Shown here: in pieces, positions 56,701-64,000 of the stretch | How positions within the stretch are numbered: position 1 is the first letter of the stretch | Layout: the number at the start of each line of letters is the position of its first letter | Assembly: GCF_009914755.1 (NCBI RefSeq) | Contig: NC_060925.1 | Length of the DNA: 64,000 bases | Origin: the human T2T-CHM13v2.0 reference genome, Homo sapiens | Strand: one strand, 5' to 3' | Notes under the pieces: generated by a model | What the model was told of the DNA's origin: nothing | The model's database searches: none | What the model saw: only the letters and a program-made list of their open reading frames with translations | Translations under genes and position numbers: made by a program

Positions 56701-59700
56701 GGAATGGAACAGTCAATGAACTCGAATGGAATCATCATTGAATGGAATCGAATGGAATCATCGAGTGGAATCGAATGGAATTTTGATCAAAAGGAATCGA
56801 ATGTAATAATCATCAAATGGAATCAAAAATAACAATCATCAATTGGTATTGAATGGAATTGTCATCAAATGGAATTCAAAGGAATCATCATCAAATGGAA
56901 CCGAATGGAATCCTCATTGAATGGAAATGAAAGGGGTCATCATCTAATGGAATCGCATGGAATCATCATCAAATGGAATCGAAAGGAATCATCATCAAAT
57001 GGAATCTAATGGAATCATTGAACAGAATTGAATGGAATCGTCATTGAATGAATTGAATACAATCATCGAATGGTCTCGAATGGAATCATCTTCTAATGGA
57101 AAGGAATGGAATCATCGCATAGAATCGAATGGAATTAACATTGAATGGACTCGAATGGAATCAATATCTAACGGAATCAAGCGGAATTATCGAATGTAAT
57201 CGAAGAGAACCATCGAATGGACTCGAATGGAATCATCTAATGGAATGGAATGGAATAATCCACGGACTCGAATGCAATCATCATCGTATAGAATCGAATG
57301 GAATCATTGAATGGACTCGAATGTAATCATCATTGAACGGAATCGAATGGAATCATCATCGGATGGAAACGAATGGAATCATCATCGAATGGAAATGAAA
57401 GGAGTCATCATCTAATGGAATTGCATGGAATCATCATAAAATGGAATCGAATGGAATCATCATCAAATGGAATCAAATGGAATCATTGAACGGAATTGAA
57501 TGGAATCGTCATCGAATGAATTGAATGCAATCATCGAATGGTCTCGAATGGAATCATCTTCAAATGGAATGGAATGGAATCATCGCATAGAATCGAATGG
57601 AATTATCATCGAATGGAATCGAATGGAATCAACATCAAACGGAAAAAAACGGAATTATCGAATGGAATCGAAGAGAATCATCGAATGGACCCGAATGGAA
57701 TCATCTAATGGAATGGAATGGAATAATCCATGGACTCGAATGCAATCATCATCGAATGGAATCGAATGGAATCATCGAATGGACTCGAATGGAATAATCA
57801 TCAAACGGAATCGAATGGAATCATCATCGGATGGAAATGAATAGAATCATCATCGAATGGAATCGAATGGAATTATGGAATGAAATCCAGTGTGATCATC
57901 ATCGAATGCACCCGAATGAAATCATCATCCAACGGAAGCTAATGGAATCAACATCGAATGAATCGAATGGAAACACCATCGAATTGAAACGAATGGAATT
58001 ATCATGAAATTGAAATGGATGGACTCATCATCGAATGGATTCGAATGGAATCATCGAATAAAATTGATTGAAATCATCATCAAATGGAATCGAATGGTAT
58101 CATTGAATGGAATCGAATGGAATCATCATCAGATGGAAATGAATGGAATCGTCATAGAATGGAATCGAATGGATTCATTGAGTGGAATTAGATGGAATCA
58201 TCGAATGGACTGGAATGGAATCACTGAATGGACTCGAAAGGGATCATCATTGAATGGAATTGAATGGAATCATCGAATGGTCTCGATTGGAATCATTATC
58301 AAATGGAATCGAATGAAATCACCGAATAGAATCGAATGGAACAATCATCGAATGGACTCAAATGGAATTATCTTCAAATGGAATCGAATGGAATTATCGA
58401 ATGCAATCGAATGGAATTATCGAATGCAATCGAATAGAATCATCGAATGGACTCGAATGGAATCATCGAATGGAATGGAATGGAACAGTCAATGAACTCG
58501 AATGGAATCATCATTGAATGGAATCGAATGGAATCATCGAGTGGAATCGAATGGAATTATGATCAAATGGAATCGAATGTAATCATCATCAAATGGAATC
58601 AAAAATAACCATCATCAATTAGTATTGAATGGATTTGTCATCAAATGGAATTCAAAGGAATCATCATCAAATGGAACCGAATGGAATCCTCATTGAATGG
58701 AAATGAAAGGGGTCATCATCTAATGGAATCGCATGGAATCATCATCAAATGGAATCGAATGCAATCTTCATCAAATGGAATCTAATGGAATCATTGAACA
58801 GAATTGAATGGAATCGTCATCGAATGAATTGAATGCAATCATCGAATGGTCTCGAATGGAATCATCTTCTAATGGAAAGGAATGGAATCATCGCATAGAA
58901 TCGAATGGAATTAACATTGAATGGACTCGAATGGAATCCACATCAAACGGAATCAAGCGGAATTATCGAATGGAATCGAAGAGAATCATCCAATGGACTC
59001 GAATGGAATCATCTAATGGAATGGAATGGAATAATCCACGGACTCGAATGCAATCATCATCGTATAGAATCGAATGGAATCATCGAATGGACTCGAATGG
59101 AATAATCATTGAACGGAATCAAATGGAATCATCATCGGATGGAAACGAAAGGAATCATCATCGAATGGAAATGAAAAGAGTCATCATCTAATGGAATTGC
59201 ATGGAATCATCATAAAATGGAATCGAATGGAATCAACATCAAATGGAATCAAATGGAATCATTGAACGGAATTGAATGGAATCGTCATCGAATGAATTGA
59301 ATGCAATCATCGAATGGTCTCGAATGGAATCATCATCAAATGGAATGGTATGGAATCCTCGCATAGAATCGAATGTAATTATCATCGAATGGAATCGAAT
59401 GAAATCAACAACAAACGGAAAAAAAAGGAATTATCGAATGGAATCGAAGAGAATCATCGAATGGACCCGAATGGAATGATCTAATGGAATGGAATGGAAT
59501 AATCCATGGACTCGAATGCAATCATCATCGAATGGAATCGAATCGAATCATCGAATGGACTCGAATGGAATAATCATTGAACGGAATCACATGGAGTCAT
59601 CATCGGATGGAACTGAATGGAATCATCATCGAATGGAATCGAATAGAATTATGGAATGAAATCCAGTGTGATCAGCATCGAATAGACCCGAATGGAATCA

Positions 59701-60900
59701 TCATCCAACGGAAGCTAATGGAATCAACATCGAATGAATCGAATGGAAACACCATCGAATTGAAACGAATGGAATTATCATGAAAGTGAAATGGATGGAC
59801 TCGTCATCGAATGGATTCGAATGGAATCATCGAATAAAATTGATTGAAATCATCATCAAGTGGAATCGAATGGTATCATTGAATGGAATCGAATGGAATC
59901 ATCAGATGGAAATGAATTGAATCGTCATAGAATGGAATCGAATGGATTCATTGAATGGAATCAGATGGAATCATCGAATGGACTGGAATGGAATCATTGA
60001 ATGGACTCGAAAGGGATCATTATTGAATGGCATTGAATGGAATCATCGAATGGTCTCGATTGGAATCATTATCAAATGGAATCGAATGGAATCACCGAAA
60101 AGAATCGAATGGAACAATCATCGAATGGACACAAATGGAATTATCCTCAAATGGAATCGAATGGAATTATCGAATGCAATCGAATGGAATTATCGAATGC
60201 AATCGAATAGAATCATCGAATAGATTCGAATGGAATCATCGAATGGAATGGAATGGAACAGTCAATGAACTCGAATGGAATCATCATTGAATGGAATCGA
60301 ATGGAATCATCGAGTGGAATCGAATGGAATTTTGATCAAAAGGAATCGAATGTAATAATCATCAAATGGAATCAAAAATAACAATCATCAATTGGTATTG
60401 AATGGAATTGTCATCAAATGGAATTCAAAGGAATCATCATCAAATGGAACCGAATGGAATCCTCATTGAATGGAAATGAAAGGGGTCATCATCTAATGGA
60501 ATCACATGGAATCATCATCAAATGGAATCGAAAGGAATCATCATCAAATGGAATCTAATGGAATCATTGAACAGAATTGAATGGAATCGTCATTGAATGA
60601 ATTGAATACAATCATCGAATGGTCTCGAATGGAATCATCTTCTAATGGAAAGGAATGGAATCATCGCATAGAATCGAATGGAATTAACATTGAATGGACT
60701 CGAATGGAATCAATATCTAACGGAATCAAGCGGAATTATCGAATGTAATCGAAGAGAACCATCGAATGGACTCGAATGGAATCATCTAATGGAATGGAAT
60801 GGAATAATCCACGGACTCGAATGCAATCATCATCGTATAGAATCGAATGGAATCATTGAATGGACTCGAATGGAATCATCATTGAACGGAATCGAATGGA
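53800..60900 (+). repeat. 3549-bp tandem duplication (dimer of 1776 + 1773 bp monomers)
   Basis: ORF pairs 53951/57500, 54455/58004, 55259/58808, 56393/59942, 57129/60678 are 3549 apart. Shared private variants 'ggaatggtatggaatcctc', 'gatcagcatc', 'tgaaagtgaa', 'caatatctaacgg' and a 3-bp ATC loss at ~56352/59901. Junction ~57330-57459. Confidence 0.9.
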
Positions 60901-62345
60901 ATCATCATCGGATGGAAACGAATGGAATTATCATCGAATGGAAATGAAAGGAGTCATCATCTAATGGAATCGCATGGAATCATCATAAAATGGAATCGAA
61001 TGGAATCAACATCAAATGGAATCAAATGGAATCATTGAACGGAATTGAATGGAATCGTCATCGTATGAATTGAATGCAATCATCGAATGGTCTCGAATGG
61101 AATCATCTTCAAATGGAATGGAATGGAATCATCGCATAGAATCGAATGGAATTATCATCGAATGGAATCGAAAGGTATCAACATCAAACGGAAAAAAACG
61201 GAATTATCGAATGGAATCGAAGAGAATCATCGAACGGACCCGAATGGAATCATCTAATGGAAAGGAATGGAATAATCCATGGACTCGAATCCAATCATCA
61301 TCGAATGGAATCGAATGGAATCATTGAAAGGACTCTAATGGAATAATCATTGAACGGAATCGAATGGAATCATCATCGAATGGAAACTAATGGAATCATC
61401 ATCGAATGGAAATGAAAGGAGTCATCTAATGGAATTGCACGGAATCAACATAAAATGGAATCGAATGGAATCAACATCAAATGGAATGAAATGGAATCAT
61501 TGAACGGAATTGAATGGAATCTTCATCGAATGAATTGAATGCAATCATCGAATGGTCTCGAATGGAATCATCTTCAAATGGAATGGAATGGAATCATCGC
61601 ATAGAATCGAATGGAATTATCATCGAATGGACTCGAATGGAATCAACATCAAACGGAAAAAAAGGGAATTATCGAATGGAATCGAAGAGAATCATCGAAT
61701 GGACCCGAATGGAATCATCTAATGGAATGGAATGGAATAATCCATGGACTCGAATGCAATCATCATCGAATGGAATCGAATGGAATCATCGAATGGACTC
61801 GAATGGAATAATCATTGAACGGAATCGAATGGAATCATCATCGGATGGAAACGAATGGAATCATCATCGAATGGAAATGAAAGGAGTCATGTAACGGAAT
61901 TACATGGAATCATCATAAAATGGAATTGAATGGAATCAACATCAAATGGAATCCAATGGAATCATTGAACGGAATTGAATGAATCGTCTTCGAATCAATT
62001 GAATGCAATCATCGAATGGTCTCGAATGGAATCATGTTCAAATGGAATGGAATGGAATCATCGCATAGAATCGAATGTAATTATCATCGAATGGAATCGA
62101 ATGAAATCAACAACAAACGGAAAAAAAAAGGAATTATCGAATGGAATCAAAGAGAATCATCGAATGGACCCGAATGGAATCATCTAATGGAATGGAATGG
62201 AATAATCCATGGACTCGAATGCAATCATCATCGAATGGAATCGAATGGAATCATCGAATGGACTCGAATGGAATAATCATAGAACGGAATCGAATGGAAT
62301 CATCATCGGATGGAAATGAATGGAATCATCATCGAATGGAATCGA
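60475..62345 (+). repeat. Run of four more diverged modules (spacing 468, 465, 465 bp)
   Basis: Module starts ~60581, 61049, 61514, ~61979. 3-bp losses in 'ggagtcatctaat' (~61420) and 'ggagtcatgtaacgg' (~61885). Confidence 0.82.
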
Positions 62346-64000
62346 ATAGAATTATGGAATGAAATCCAGTGTGATCATCATCGAATGCACCCGAATGGAA
62401 TCATCATCCAACGGAATCTAATGGAAACAACATCGAATGAATCGAATGGAAACACCATCGAATTGAAACGAGTGGAATTATCATGAAATTGAAATGGATG
62501 GACTCATCATCGAATGGATTCGAATGGAATCATCGAATAAAATTGATTGAAATCATCATCAAATGGAATCGAATGGTAGCATTGAATGGAATCGAATGGA
62601 ATCATCATCAGATGGAAATGAATGGAATCGTCATAGAATGGAATCGAATGGATTCGTTGAATGGAATCAGATGGAATCATCGAATGGACTGGAATGGAAT
62701 CATTGAATGGACTCGAGAGGGATCATTATTGAATGGAATTGAATGGAATCATAGAATGGTCTCGATTGGAATCATTATCAAATGGAATCGAATGGAATCA
62801 CCGAATAGAATCGAATGGAACAATCATCGAATGGACTCCAATGGAATTATCCTCAAATGGAATCGAATGGAATTATCGAATGCAATCGAATGGAATTATC
62901 GAATGCAATCGAATAGAATCATCGAATGGACTCGAATGGAATCATCGAATGGAATGGAATGGAACAGTCAATGAACTCGAATGGAATCATCATTGAATGG
63001 AATCGAATGGAATCATCGAGTGGAATCGAATGGAATTATGATCAAATGGAATCGAATGTAATCATCATCAAATGGAATCAAAGATAACCATCATCAATTG
63101 GTATTGAATGGAATTGTCATCAAATGGAATTCAAAGGAATCATCACCAAATGGAACCGAAAGGAATCCTAATTGAATGGAAATGAAAGGGGTCATCATCT
63201 AATGGAATCGCATGGAATCATCATCAAATGGAATCGAATGGAATCATCATCAGATGGAATCTAATGGAATCATTGAACAGAATTGAATGGAATCGTCATC
63301 GAATGAATTGAATGCAATCATCGAATGGTCTCGAATGGAATCATCTTCAAATGGAATGGAATGGAATCATCGCATAGAATCGAATGGAATTATCATCGAA
63401 TGGAATCGAATGGAATCAACATCAAACGGAAAAAAACGGAATTATCGAATGGAATCGAAGAGAATCATAGAATGGTCCCGAATGGAATCGTCTAATGGAA
63501 TGGAATGGAATAATCCATGGACTCGAATGCAATCATCATCGAATGGAATCGAATGGAATCATCGAATGGACTCGAATGGAATAATCACTGAACGGAATCG
63601 AATGGAATCATCATCGGATGGAAATGAATGGAATCATTATCGAATGGAATCGAATAGAATTATGGAATGAAATCCAGTGTCATCATCATCGAATGGACCT
63701 GAATGGAATCATCATCCAACGGAAGCTAATGGAATCAACATCGAATGAATCGAATGGAAACACCATCGAATTGAAACGAGTGGAATTATCATGAAATTGA
63801 AATGGATGGACTCATCATCGAATGGATTCGAATGGAATCATCGAATAAAATTGATTGAAATCATCATCAAATGGAATCGAATGGTAGCATTGAATGGAAT
63901 CGAATGGAATCATCATCAGATGGAAATGAATGGAATCGTCATAGAATGGAATCGAATGGATTCATTGAATGGAATCAGAGGGAATCTTCGAATGGACTGG

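Larger units (their letters stand above)
1..64000 (+). repeat. Human satellite II (HSat2/HSATII) array, 1.77-kb higher-order type (probably chr1q12 pericentromeric heterochromatin), GAATG-rich strand on +
   Basis: Continuous degenerate GAATG/GAATCG/ATCATC repeats (reverse complement CATTCGATTC is the HSat2 signature) with dense TCGA and GANTC sites. About 33 copies of the unit marker 'aatccagtgt' (e.g. ~550, ~2326, ~5212 ... ~63671). No non-satellite sequence and no strand switch seen. Confidence 0.97.

Noticed and set aside
165-63670. Plus-strand ORFs of 60-163 aa as CDS
   Set aside because: They are direct translations of the GAATG/ATC repeat, overlap in several frames, are disrupted at random between copies, and show no domain, promoter or splice context.
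1-64000. CRISPR-like array suggested by the 23-26 bp periodicity
   Set aside because: There are no unique spacers, the intervening sequence is the same satellite, and no cas genes or leader are present.
1-64000. Satellite III (HSat3) assignment
   Set aside because: Pure GGAAT runs never exceed about three copies, and GAATCGAATG plus ATCATC cells dominate, which is diagnostic of HSat2.
1-64000. Embedded Alu/L1/LTR insertion, telomeric repeat or inversion
   Set aside because: No poly-A tail, GC-rich island, TTAGGG run or CATTC-oriented block was seen while reading the window; a very short insertion could have been missed by eye.

Overview
The whole 64 kb window is one uninterrupted, single-orientation array of human classical satellite II (HSat2/HSATII). 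It is built from GAATG/GAATCG/ATC motifs arranged as 23- and 26-bp cells. Its higher-order unit is 1776 bp with one EcoRI site per unit, which fits the 1.77-kb chromosome 1q12 pericentromeric satellite (D1Z1/pUC1.77-type, HSat2A); the chromosome assignment is an inference from unit size and motifs. I found no supportable genes, RNA genes, transposons or CRISPR arrays, and all ORFs are translation artefacts of the repeat. The interest is architectural. The unit is 1308 bp plus an internal 468-bp duplication (modules A and B), with a third, older module copy (C) hidden in the 'unique' part. Module number varies from 1 to 4 per unit. Nested and overlapping tandem duplications of about 11168, 7199/6705, 4042, 3549, 2244 and 1767/1299 bp can be traced by private variants. 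A 666-bp deletion allele recurs 43 kb away, where it is paired with a 638-bp deletion, and the haplotype lineage shifts after about 51.5 kb. I see no evidence for a novel coding system. Breakpoints are approximate, read by eye from diagnostic variants and ORF-track spacing.
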